A stretch of 64,000 nt of DNA. Source: Octopus sinensis (lineage: Eukaryota). The notes beneath the pieces were generated by a model that saw only the letters and a program-made list of their open reading frames with translations, made no database searches and had not been told where the DNA came from. The position numbers and the translations under genes were made by a program. Where the stretch lies: contig NC_043024.1 in NCBI RefSeq assembly GCF_006345805.1, positions 5,146,001-5,210,000 on the forward strand, written 5' to 3'. Each line of letters begins with the position of its first letter. The stretch's first letter is position 1. Positions 40,329 through 52,853 of this stretch are shown here, piece after piece.

Positions 40329-41312
40329 GTGTGTGTGTGTATATTATTTTTGTGTGTGGTTTGGATAATATTGCTTGCAGAGTAATTACATAACACATAA
40401 GGACAATGGAGAAGAGTTTGATATTATTTATTCAGCATTACATGTTTCATTTCCTAATAGGAATTATAAACTATTAGATGTGTAGAAAACATGTAACATA
40501 TATTTCCCATGAGAAATTCTTCAGACATACAATAGTTTATGTGAGTGTGTGTGTATGTACCCTTGTCCAGATATTATGTGATGTTCGTAAAGGGCCATCA
40601 TGACCGTCATACTTGTGCAGTTGTTCACTTCCAGTCCTCTGCGTAAAATATGTCTCACCAGGGAAAATATTTCCTTGCTTGGAAACAGGTGAGGATTGGT
40701 CACAAGAAAGGTACCCAGATGTAGAAAATCTCCATCAATGAATTCCATCTGATCCACAGAAGCATGAATAGGAGAATGTTAAATGATGAGGATCATCATC
40801 ATCGTGGTTCCTCTTCTGTATCAATGCATTTACATTTCAATAATTGATCATTTTCATAGATTGATTTAGCACAAATAGCTTAGATTACAGTTATATCTTT
40901 CATATTAACAGGACTGTGTACAAACAATTCACCATTTTGAAAGAATGATTCACGTTTAACATCACAGTGATATGTTTTCCTTCCTCTGTCAATGCTCTTT
41001 TGATTCAATAATGGATGATTTCATGTCAAAGATTTACCATAGATGTCACATTCATATAGTTTCTATATTCTGTGGATGTCTTTATAAGATACGTCCTTTG
41101 TCCTTCTGAGGAAATGTTATACAACAAATGTCACTGTGCAATGGATCCTTTGCATAAAGAATGCACTTGTGTTTAATTAATTGATGTTTTTATCAGAATG
41201 ATTTACTGCAGATATCACAACTATATGGTTTTACACCAGTATGAATAAGTTTGTGTGTAGTCAAGATACCCTTTTCGTAGAATGATTTGCCACAGATATC
41301 GCCGTGATATGG

Positions 41313-42344
41313 TTACTCACCTGTATGAATACGTTTGTGTGTCTTTAAGTTACCTACCTGACTGAATGATTTACCACATAAATCACAGTGATACGGTTTC
41401 TCCCCTGTATGGATACGCTTATGTATAGTTAAGCTACTGTCATCAGAAAATGACTTACCACAGATATCACAGGGAAGACGCTTCACACCTGTATGAATAC
41501 TTATGTGTCGAATTAAGAGACTGTAATTAGAGAATGATTTACCACAGATACTACACTTATGTGGCTTCTCCCCTGTATGAATACGTTTGTGTTTAGTTAA
41601 GCTACTCTTTTCAGTGAAAGATTTACCACATAAATCACAGTGATATGGTTTCTCCCCTGTATGAATACGTTTGTGTCGAGTTAAGCTACTGTCATCAGAG
41701 AATGATTTACCACAAATATCACAGGGAAAAGGTTTCCCTCCTGTATGAATACGTTTATGACGAGTTAAGCTACTGCCAGCAGAGAATGATTCACCACAGA
41801 TATCGCAGGGATAAGGTTTCTCTCCTGTATGTGTACGTATGTGTCGAGTTAAGTGACTGTCAATACAGAACGATTTATCACAGATACTACAGTGATATGT
41901 TTTCTCCCCTGTATGGATATGTTTGTGTTTAGTTAAGCTACTCTTTTCAGTGAAAGATTTACCACAGATATCACAGTGATATGGTTTCTCTCCTGTATGA
42001 ATACGTTTGTGTCGAGTTAAGCTACTGCCAACAGAGAACGATTCACCACAGATATCACAGGTATAAGGTTTTTCTCCTGTATGGATACGTTTGTGTCGTG
42101 TTAAGTGACTGTCATCCGAGAATGATTTACCACAGACATTACAGTGATATGGTTTTTCCCCTGTATGAATACGCTTGTGTCGAGCTAAGCTATTCCTGTC
42201 AGACAATGATTTACCACAGACATCACATTGATGTTGTTTCTCTCCTCTATGAATTTCTTGATGTTTACTTGATTTACGTTTTTCTAAAAATGACATTTTG
42301 TACATGTCACAGTCATATGATGATTTTCCTAATTCTTCAGACAT
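41313..42344 (-). CDS. C2H2 zinc-finger protein, 12 repeats (first degenerate), unit 5
   Basis: 343 aa; acceptor at 42767; putative donor at 44536; AATAAA at 40427-40432 on the - strand. Confidence 0.9.
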   Translation of the reverse strand: MSEELGKSSYDCDMYKMSFLEKRKSSKHQEIHRGEKQHQCDVCGKSLSDRNSLARHKRIHTGEKPYHCNVCGKSFSDDSHLTRHKRIHTGEKPYTCDICGESFSVGSSLTRHKRIHTGEKPYHCDICGKSFTEKSSLTKHKHIHTGEKTYHCSICDKSFCIDSHLTRHIRTHTGEKPYPCDICGESFSAGSSLTRHKRIHTGGKPFPCDICGKSFSDDSSLTRHKRIHTGEKPYHCDLCGKSFTEKSSLTKHKRIHTGEKPHKCSICGKSFSNYSLLIRHISIHTGVKRLPCDICGKSFSDDSSLTIHKRIHTGEKPYHCDLCGKSFSQVGNLKTHKRIHTGE

Positions 42345-42954
42345 CTCTTCAAGAAAAATAAAATCAATCCTTCAAGTTGTGCAGATCAACAACTTTTCTA
42401 TAATATTTCTCCTCTCACCAAAATATATGGATATTTTTATTCTTTTTGCTTTTATAGTTTATTCCAAACAAATATCTTATATTTCTTCTAAATGTGATCA
42501 ATGCCAATATTTAAAAATGTCGCAAATACTCTTTGAAAATCCATCAAAGTATATTTAAAAGAGAAAATTATCTCTTGCACATTTCAGACACAGAAGTAAA
42601 GAAATGCTTTCTCTCTTGGAGGAAATATTTTATTGTAATTCAGCAATGTTTTATAGAAGCAGGATTATACGTTTGTAGAATATCTTTGCAGAGTCTTTCA
42701 AACATGAGACATATTGATGATTCTTTAAAAGTAAAAAATACTTTTTAGCCAATTTCATGTGATTTTCTGAAAGAATAGAAAAAATAATACAAGATATAGA
42801 ATATGTTTAAAAGGCAGATATTCAAAAGTGCAAATTTACGACATTTCTGATTTCATAAATTGTAGAAGCAATCCTTTATCTGAACTATTATATTTATCCC
42901 ATCTCTCTGTTTTCAAGACGTTTATATCAATGAGTAGACCACACTGTTGTTCCT

Positions 42955-43190
42955 TCTAGAGCCATGCCAGGCTCATAAGAGCCGGATTCCTTGGCGTATA
43001 GGTTCTCCACCTGGATGGGACGCTAGTCCGTCGCAGGTAAGCTGCAAGTTGCAGGAGGAAAAAGTGAGAAAGTTGTAGTGTAAGAGTCAGCCAGAGCTGC
43101 GTGGAGCTTAGGTGTTTCGCTCGGTCTGAGATTTGAACCCGCGATCCCTCGACCGCGAGTCCACTGCTCTAACCACTAGACCATATGCCT
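42955..43190 (-). mobile_element. tRNA-derived SINE, third family
   Basis: Head GGCATATGGTCTAGTGGTTAGAGCAGTGGACTCGCGGTCGAGGGATCGCGGGTTCAAATCTC has A and B boxes but no tRNA 3' stem. Confidence 0.7.
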
Positions 43191-43565
43191 ACACCAGACT
43201 ACACTGTTATAAACCCAAACTCGAATATCAAAGTTTAAAAGGTTTCAATCGAATGAAAAATGCATCAATATACAATACAAAGATTGCTAAATTGTAAGCA
43301 AAACGAAACTTCAACGCAATAATATTTTTTTGCAGCGAGTTGCTACATTCTTGACTCCCTAAAACCAAAGCTGAACATGTCGTCTGCAAAACAGAAGAGA
43401 ACTCCGCACAGTCGCAGTGCAGCCGTATAACAGCAGGAACCAAAATCACGTGATTAAAACCCAAATCCCAACACACACTTAAAACCATTCTCAAAGACTT
43501 TTGATTATTATTATTATTTTAATGGACATAAAAATGTTTATAAGGCTTCAAGCACAAAAATTGAG

Positions 43566-43986
43566 GGATCTTTCCGGTTTGAACGGCAGTTTTTAAAAAT
43601 AATTTCCATGAATCTAAACACTTCTAAATTTCGTATACTGGTAGAAAGTGTCTATAAAACATCTTTTTCTCTTGGTTTTATTGAGAAAATTCTATGGTTT
43701 GTAAGATATTTCTTGTTTTTTTTTCTTCATTTTCTGCAATTTCAACCAATCAGTGACGTCTATTGAGGTAAAAAAAACATTCTGTGCCGTATGAATATGT
43801 CCCTCGTTTAAGAAACAGATTGGATTTATTTACATTTGTGAAGAAAAAAAAGATACCCTTCCTCCACCCCCAACCCCATCCCTAACCCAGATTGAAATGC
43901 AATAGATCGATACTAGGGTCATAATTATGGGTGACAATTTCATATGACACCGCAAGAAAAAACTGCCGTTCAAACCGAAAAGATCC
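43566..43986. mobile_element. GGATC-TIR MITE with perfect 8-bp TSD AAATTGAG
   Basis: AAATTGAG|GGATC...GATCC|AAATTGAG. Confidence 0.85.
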
Positions 43987-44536
43987 AAATTGAGTGTCTC
44001 AGTGTCATTTTGATTATTATTATAATGTCTATATATTTTAATGGACATAAAAATGTTTATAATGCTTCAAGCATGGAAAATTGAGTTATTGGTGACTGAT
44101 TTGAGTAAACTAAATTTCACAAGGCGATAGTTTTTAAACAATGGCCATCAGCCTTCATTTTATATGTCGTGTCGATATTTTTTTTTTTTATATCTTCACT
44201 ACTAATTTTCGAGTAAAAGATTATATAAACGGATTTTTATATTTATTTTTGGTCAAATTGTTTCAATTCAAAGCCCTTTCATTTCATCTGTATTCCATAT
44301 TGCCTTTTCGTTTCAGTAATTCAAGTGCACAATCGTACTTTTATACATTCCCCATCTTTTCTTACAAATTATATCGTAATTTACCCGCATTTAACTAAAT
44401 TGTCCAATTTACAAGTCAAAAAGAAAGAGGTATTAATCTGACATTAAGAAATATAGGAAATAACGGCGATCCGGAAGGCGTAACCACAAATGCGATGAAA
44501 TATCTAAAAGAGAAGGGATAACACAATGATACTTAC

Positions 44537-44758
44537 TCTTTCCAACGAACGTTACTTCATATTTTGCAGGTCAACATAATAAAAATGCTGAAACTGTTTC
44601 TTTAGACATTCAATTACCAATCATTTGTATATTTTTGATTGGGTTTTCTCTTAAATATCAGTTTGAAAGTGAAAGTGATCAAACAATCAAGGTGCGCGAG
44701 AAACATGAGGAAGAAATTAAATAAAATTAGGAAGAGTTAACGAGGGGAACTAACTCTT
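44537..44758 (-). promoter_or_regulatory. ZNF unit 5 promoter (divergent paralogue), target occupied by LINE A
   Basis: Reverse complement reads AAGAGTTAGTTCCCCT...GCACCTTGATTGTTTGATCA...CCAATCA...TGATTGG; GTAAGT at 44536. Confidence 0.6.
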
Positions 44759-47292
44759 TATTTCTTTATTATGATTATACAATCGTTACATAGAAGGACA
44801 AATACAGGACATACATGCAAAAAACAGTTAAGAGGTTCGATTAAAAATTTTCCATAACATTTGGATTATTCATTATAAAAATTCGTCTGTGAATTGTCCT
44901 TTACGTGACCAATAGAATAATATAACACTTCATAAACTTTCGATCTTACCGAAGTTTTAAACCCCGGCAATTTATAAGGCCCCGCAGCTTTTGTTTCCTC
45001 TCCTCCCTCCATAGTTAAGCTGGGTTTCTGACACCCACCTTTTTTTCCACTTCCTTCCATCTTTTCTCATACACACCCCGTGGTAAGATCCTCTTTTCCA
45101 GCCCCATTTTGCTCTTCAGATGATATCTGAAGTAAGTGAGCAAGCCGGGGCCCGAGACAAAGGATCCTATCGCGACTCCTTCCATTCTTGTTCGCCACAT
45201 GCATTCTTTTACTACTGCAACCGTGCAGTGAAAACATGCCTCACCTTCCTTCGAGAGTCCAGTTGGCGGTATCATCTTAATCATAGACTCAGCCGACAGC
45301 TGTACTCGTCCCAGATGCGATAACACGTGTTCTGCGTAACTTATCAAGTCGGACAACTTCCGACAGTGTACAAAAGCGTGCTGGACGGTTTCATCGTCCA
45401 ACTCGCACCTTGGACACGTCGGTGGCACTGAAATTCCGTGCCGCGATAACTTCTCGCGAACAGGTAAAGCATTCCTATAGCACTGCCAGGCCAGGGATCT
45501 TTGGAAATTATCCAAATACCCCGTCCTGAAAGTCTTTTTAAACAGGTTGGTAAGCTGGTCTTCGTCAAACCCCAGAGCCCCTCCTAGGACGTCGTCGTTC
45601 TTTGCCTCTACCAGCCTTCTATAAAATACCGAGGTGGTATTTCCGCAGCCGGCCTTGCCCGCCTTGTGGATCAGCGTGAGTGCCTGTCGGCACTCCTTTT
45701 GCCATAAAGTCAGTTTCCATCTTTTGATGCGACCGGGTTTAAAATTCACTAAGGAGGCCGGTCTCGGGAAAAATTCCCCTGCCAGCGGACTCCACACCTT
45801 ATCACCCTCCAGGTGGTGCCAGAGATGCTTCAGCCTCAACGCATGTCTGCGCATCATCAACCAAGGCATTCCTAACCCACCCTTTAACGGTTCCTGGCAG
45901 CAAACGGAGCGCCTCACAAGTGGCTTTCCTCCCTTCCACAAAAAGCGGAAAAGGATTCGCTCCAACTTGCTAAGCCATGAATCGGGGCAAGGGACAACGG
46001 TCAGGCGGTAAGTGATTACAGATGCAATGAACATCTGTACCACCTCCACCCTTCCTTTCAAGGACAGAAACCTTCCGGACCAGGTCCGTACTATGGCCTC
46101 CACCTTGCTCGTCACCTCACTCCAGTTCCTCTCCGTTTGGGAGTCTGGCCCAAACCAAACTCCTAGCAACTTAACAGGGCCATCCGTCCAGTGTCCTACG
46201 ACACTGGACGATATCGACTTGCTCCTCCAGGTGCCGAGGCGCAAGCCAACCGACTTGTCCTTGTTAACCCTTGCTCCTGCCACCGCCTCGTATCCTCTGA
46301 TAGCCTCTTCCACACAAGGTAGCTGGGCCTCATTGGACACGATGAGGGTGACGTCATCCGCATAAGCAGTAACCGTCCTCCCACCTCCGATCTCATCCAA
46401 GTTACTTCCCAGCCTCTCCAACTTTCGCAGCAATGGCTCAAGAGCCAACACGTACAAAAGTGGTGACAAGGGGCACCCTTGACGAACTGAACATTCGATC
46501 GAAAACGGTTCCGTTAGGTAACCGTTTATCTGGACGGTGGACTTGATGCCGCTATACATAGCGGAGATCCACCCGCGAAATTCAGGGCCCAGTCCAGCCG
46601 CTTCGAGGACCGTCGCCAGGTACTCATGGTCTACCCTATCGAACGCTTTACTTTGGTCTAAATGGACCATTACCCCGCCCTTGCCGGTTAATTTACCCAC
46701 CCTATCTAAGGTGTAGCGTATAAGGTGAAGATTGTCCTGGATCGACCTGCCTGGAATTGCACATGTCTGTGCTCTCCCTACAAGTTTCTCCACGACAACC
46801 GTCAACCTTTTTGCCAACACCTTGGCCAAAATCTTTAACTCTACATTAAGTAGAGTTATGGGCCTGTAGTTACTAATGTTATCCCCCTTGCTCGGGTCTT
46901 TCTGGATTAGCGTCACCACTCCCCGGCTTACAGAACTGGGAATTCTCCCATTCTGCTGTTGTTCGATCTTGAATTCAACGTCCATCATGGTTCCGCCTAC
47001 CGCGGCCGAAAAAGACTGTTTTGTTACTTCAGTGTCCTTTAATTCACTTGTTCCCATCGCGGGAAAATCATTCTTCGACGCCAAGTCGAAATCCATTTCT
47101 CAAAAATGTTTCAAAAATTACCTTCGAAGGTAATAACAATATTAAATACAGAATTTTCTGCCCCGTAGGGCGAAAATTACCGTTACACAACGGGCACTGT
47201 TCAAATAACAATTAACACAAACAACGATAAGCAAAAAATCGAACTCTCTCGACAAAAGGCAGCAAATTTCTCAAAACGCAGATGAAAGTTCA
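44759..47292 (-). mobile_element. Tx1-like LINE family A, internally deleted, both ends intact
   Basis: 16-bp TSD AAGAGTTAGTTCCCCT (44743-44758 and 47293-47308); 3' end AATAAAGAAATA. Confidence 0.92.
45015..47096 (-). CDS. Endonuclease-less reverse transcriptase ORF (Tx1/L1-group ORF2 with a short foreign N-terminus)
   Basis: 693 aa open; NYRPITLLN, LDQSKAFDRV, RQGCPLSP and YADD motifs; C-terminal CPRC...H...C; no APE motifs. Confidence 0.88.
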   Translation of the reverse strand: MDFDLASKNDFPAMGTSELKDTEVTKQSFSAAVGGTMMDVEFKIEQQQNGRIPSSVSRGVVTLIQKDPSKGDNISNYRPITLLNVELKILAKVLAKRLTVVVEKLVGRAQTCAIPGRSIQDNLHLIRYTLDRVGKLTGKGGVMVHLDQSKAFDRVDHEYLATVLEAAGLGPEFRGWISAMYSGIKSTVQINGYLTEPFSIECSVRQGCPLSPLLYVLALEPLLRKLERLGSNLDEIGGGRTVTAYADDVTLIVSNEAQLPCVEEAIRGYEAVAGARVNKDKSVGLRLGTWRSKSISSSVVGHWTDGPVKLLGVWFGPDSQTERNWSEVTSKVEAIVRTWSGRFLSLKGRVEVVQMFIASVITYRLTVVPCPDSWLSKLERILFRFLWKGGKPLVRRSVCCQEPLKGGLGMPWLMMRRHALRLKHLWHHLEGDKVWSPLAGEFFPRPASLVNFKPGRIKRWKLTLWQKECRQALTLIHKAGKAGCGNTTSVFYRRLVEAKNDDVLGGALGFDEDQLTNLFKKTFRTGYLDNFQRSLAWQCYRNALPVREKLSRHGISVPPTCPRCELDDETVQHAFVHCRKLSDLISYAEHVLSHLGRVQLSAESMIKMIPPTGLSKEGEACFHCTVAVVKECMWRTRMEGVAIGSFVSGPGLLTYFRYHLKSKMGLEKRILPRGVYEKRWKEVEKKVGVRNPA

Positions 47293-48394
47293 AGGGGAAC
47301 TAACTCTTGTCTTTAAATATTAACGGCTTTACTGATATATATTTGAGTAGCAGTGTAGCCCGGCGTTGCTAGGTATTAAGTGATGGAGCGCTTTATTTCA
47401 AACCAAAATAAGTGACAATGACATCACATTTGAGCGAAATCTGCTGAAATTGGCAAAAGTTTGGCTGAAAGTCGGATCGCAGGCAATTTGATTGGGAAAT
47501 ACCATAAGGAATCAGTTTATCGATTATAATAATAATAATGAAATTATTGTATACAGTGCTCAGGTGCACCACAACTTGTCAGAAAGTGCGTATAAAGTAT
47601 ATGCAGTAATGTACAAATGTCTGGAAAGGGAACAGTGTAAGAGTCAGATACATGCTTGCGTGTGTATGGAGGGGAGAAAATCAGGTGTAGTGTTGGTGAA
47701 TCTCAGGAAGCATGGAAGTTTTGAAGGATGCTGTGCTCCGACAACTAACAACTGATGCCGCCAGTTTGTTCCATGCTTCAGCAACTCTCAGCGTGATTGT
47801 TTTTTTTCTTTTTTTTTGAGAACTTAAAGCATTCAATGAGTCCTAAGTCTTTCGTTTGTCACTGTTATTTATGACATATTCCATCTCAGTTACGCTCGTA
47901 TGAATAAACTAGGGTGTGTCAGCACCATAATCGTTCGTGCATTTCTACCGCTTCTAAGTTTTTTTATCCTGTTTTCCTGAATTTTTGTGGCCCCCTCCCC
48001 CTCCAATTTCTTCCTTTTTCACTTTTTCCGTAACCCTAAACCTAAGACCCCAATCCTAACTGTAACCTTAACAACCTAATCCTAAGTAGAAAAATTGTTG
48101 TAAAGTTCCTTAAGGTAAAACCAGTACAAACGCCCGAGCGATGTCATAAATGAAAATGGCAGACAAAATATACACTGCTGATAGTTGGTAACAACACCAG
48201 TAATTTTCTTCAGCTGAATACACATCATTGATTGGTTGAAATTACCAAATACGGCAACTTTAACACGAAATAATTTTGAATATAGAAAGTTTTCTCAACA
48301 ACGCTAAGAGTAAAAGATGTTCTATAAGACACATTCTGCCAGTATATAAAATTTCAAGGTATTTAGTTAAATCAGGAATAATCTGTTTAAATCA

Positions 48395-49386
<992 letters not shown>

Positions 49387-50649
49387 CTCTTCAAGAAAAA
49401 TAAAACTGAACCTTCAAGTTGTACAGATCAACAACTTTTCAATAATATTTCTCCTCTCACCAAAATATATGGATATTTTGCTTCCTATTGCTTTTATAGT
49501 TTATTCCAAACAAATATCACTTCTCTTATATTTCTTCTAAATGTGATCAATGCCAATATTTAAAAATGCTGCAAATACTCTTTGTAAATCCATCAAAGTA
49601 TATTTAAAAGAGAAAATTATCTCATGCACATTTGAGACGCAGAAATAAAGAAATGCTTTGTCTCTCTGAGGAAATATTTTACTGTAATTCAGCAATGTTT
49701 TATAGAAGCAGGATTATACGTTTGTAGAATATCTTTGCAGAGTCTTTCAAACATGATACATATTGATGATTCTTTAAAAGTAAAAAATACTTTTTAGCCA
49801 ATTTCATGTGATTTTCTGAAAGAATACAAAAATAATATAAGACATCAAATATGTTTAAAAGGCAGATATTCAAAAGTGCAAATTTACGACATTACTGTTT
49901 TTACAAATTGTAGAAGTAATTCTTTATCTGAACTATTAAATTTATCCCATCTCTGTTTTCAAGAAGTTTATATCAGGGAGTAGACACATGTAGTAGAATA
50001 ACATCTCCCGGACATTTCGTTTGTCCTAGACACACACACACACACCAATATACATGTCAATAACACTAGATATCTGATGCTTTCATCTCAGTCATGTGTC
50101 GTAAAAGAGATATCACACCTCCCCTGCCTCTTTCCGTACATTTATAAATATATAAATACACACATACAGGCAGCTTAATGTCAATATTCTGTGTTACATG
50201 AAACATGAATAAAAGTCAGCAAATAATCAGTATGGATGACTAACAGCATCAAAATCTTTTGTGGGGGAACTTTTGATGTAGGAAAAATTATTGGTTGAGG
50301 TGGAGAAGGAAATTGGTGACAACCCTTCTCAATGGGGGCAAATGATGTAGTTTTAACATTAAATTATTCTCGTTTTCTTCTTTACTTTTAAATTCTTACA
50401 AGTTACAATTAATGTTTCCCTTCCTTTTTACTTCACAATGAAATATTTGTTTATCGGGGTGAGTGAAAAATACAGCGACGTGTAATCACGGAGGTGTGAG
50501 TTCGAATCTCATAGCCGGCCGCCAACACTTTTCTGCAAAATAGGGGTAGCTTATCCTGTTCAGGCTATATTATTAGCAATATCCTGCCTTTGAGAATTTA
50601 AAATCACTTCTTAAACTTCCTAAGACATCTCAAAGCTTCTAAAGCAAAT

Positions 50650-51192
50650 TTCTTTTTGGTTTGAACGGCAGTTTTTAAAAATAGTTTCCACGTTCGGCAA
50701 AAGAGACCGATAGAATAAGTACTGGGCTTACAAAAATAAGTCCCGGGGTCGATTTGCTCCACTAAAGGCGGTGCTCCAGCATGGCCGCAGTCAAATGACT
50801 GAAACAAGTAAAAGAGTAAAGAGAGTAACTAAACACTTTTAAACTTCGTATACTGGTAGAATGTGTTTATAAAACATCTTTTTCTCTTAGCTTTATTGAG
50901 AAAATTCCTTAGTTTGTAAGATATTTGTTGTTTTTTTTCTTCAATTTCAACCAATCACTGACGTCTATTGAGGTAAAAAAAATTATTCTGCGCCATATGA
51001 ATATGTCCCTCGTTTAAGAAACAGATTTAGTTTATTTATATTTGTGAAGAAAAAAAGATACCCTTCCCCCCACCCCTAACCCTAACCCTAAAAGAGATTG
51101 AAATGCAATAGATCGATACTAGGGTCATGATTATGGGTGACAATTTCATATGACACCACGAGAAAAAACTGCCGTTCAAACCGAAAAGATCC
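50650..51192. mobile_element. GGATC-TIR MITE carrying a SINE 3' fragment (50690-50825)
   Basis: Right TIR intact, left TIR eroded; nested SINE tail. Confidence 0.7.
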
Positions 51193-52199
51193 TTCTTTTC
51201 TACTCTTGGCACAAGATTCGAAATTGATAGCATTAGGCAACTGGTACACAATTCATCAATCCTTAAAGAATGGAAGTGAAAGTCGACCTTAGCAGAATTT
51301 CATCTCAGAATGGAAAGATAGATGAAATACCAAAATGCTTTTCGCCCGGTGTGCTGACGTATCAGCCAGTGATTTGACACATTGCATGTATTCATTATAA
51401 AATAACAGACGCAACAAATATTTGCATATTTGTTCACAATACTTTGGAGGAGAATAAGAGGAGAAATATGTTAGTTGCTGTTGTGCATGTCAAAGAACAA
51501 GCGCTTCACCTTGCTAAGAATACTTCCTACATCGTTTAATGTTTGTTTTCCATTCAGGCATATGTTGGATGCTTCAACCAGAGCTGACAAAGCCATGAGC
51601 TGCACCAGTTTCCCTTGTCTGATTTGGCTTTTCTACAGCAGAATGCATTTCCTAATGTCAACCATTTTACAAACCGACATGGTCCCCAAGGACCTTGCAA
51701 GACAAAATAGCTCAAAACTGGCAGGGAGGAAGGTAGTATTGAAGGGACGTCACTTTGTGCCAGTTGACAGGTTTAAGGTACAAAGGGAACAGGGTCCTGA
51801 TATAGTGCAAAAAAACAAGCACAAAATAAATATTTTATTCATTATTCTTTATTAAGAAATTCCTATAACTGATGAAAGGAAAAAGCCTGTGTTTTAGCAG
51901 ACCAATTAGTGTTAATTATTGTTATGACTTAATAAATTTTGACATTGAGACAGTAACACGTCTCTGTGAATAGCCACATGTTTATGCATGTGGCTTTTTC
52001 GAGAGAATCATGTGCCACACATGTCACACTGACATGGCTACTCTCATGTAGGGATTCGTTCATGGACAGTTAAGTTAGGTCAATTAGAGAATGCTTTAAC
52101 ACAGACACGACCATTACATAGGTTGTGTCTGGTATGAAGATTTTCGTGTGTAGTTACAACACCATTTGCAAAAAATGAATTACAACAACTAATGCAAGG

Positions 52200-52853
52200 T
52201 TATGGCTTCTCACCAGTATGTGTACACTTGTGATTAGTCAAGTGAGTTCTTTGAGAGAATGATTTACCACAGATATCACAGTGATATGGTTTCTCTCCTG
52301 TATGTGTACGTTTGTGTGTAACCAAATGACTATTTTGAGGGAATGATTTACCACAGATATCACACTTATATGGTTTTTCACCAGTATGGATCCTCTTATG
52401 GTCAGTTAAAACTTTACGTTCACTGAATGATTTACCACAGATATCACAATGATAAGGTTTCTCACCAGTATGTATAGGCTTGTGATTAGTCAAGTGAGTG
52501 CTTTGAGAGAATGATTTACCACAGATATCACAATGATATGGCCTCTCACCTGTATGAATGCGATTGTGATCAACCAAATGACTATTACGAGAGAATGATT
52601 TACCACAGATCTCACAATGATATTGCTTCTCTCCCGTATGTGTACGTTTGTGTCTAACAATGTGACTATTGTAAGAAAATGATTTTCCACAGATATTCCA
52701 GTGATATGGCTTTTTCTCTTTATCAAGGTTTTCTGATTCAGTTAAATTATTCATTTTGAGAGAATTACTTATCATACACTTCACAATGATAAAGTGTTTT
52801 TCATTTCCATGAATACATTTCTGTTCAGTTTTGTCACTTGATTCAGATAACAA
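52200..52853 (-). CDS. C2H2 zinc-finger protein, second subfamily, six repeats (first C->W), unit 7; start uncertain
   Basis: [16 protein letters not shown] leader and TGEKPY linkers; paralogue at 60953-61537. Confidence 0.75.
   Translation of the reverse strand: MLSESSDKTEQKCIHGNEKHFIIVKCMISNSLKMNNLTESENLDKEKKPYHWNICGKSFSYNSHIVRHKRTHTGEKQYHCEICGKSFSRNSHLVDHNRIHTGERPYHCDICGKSFSQSTHLTNHKPIHTGEKPYHCDICGKSFSERKVLTDHKRIHTGEKPYKCDICGKSFPQNSHLVTHKRTHTGEKPYHCDICGKSFSQRTHLTNHKCTHTGEKP

Noticed and set aside
43120-43190. Possible tRNA gene on the - strand
   Set aside because: A and B boxes are present but there is no closing acceptor stem; it continues as a SINE body
47348-47460. Helitron/HINE-like terminus (also ~59685-59760)
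   Set aside because: Short and decayed; no paired terminus found
51066-51090. CCCTAA telomere-like repeats (also ~48030-48090)
   Set aside because: Two to three units that are an internal part of the MITE family
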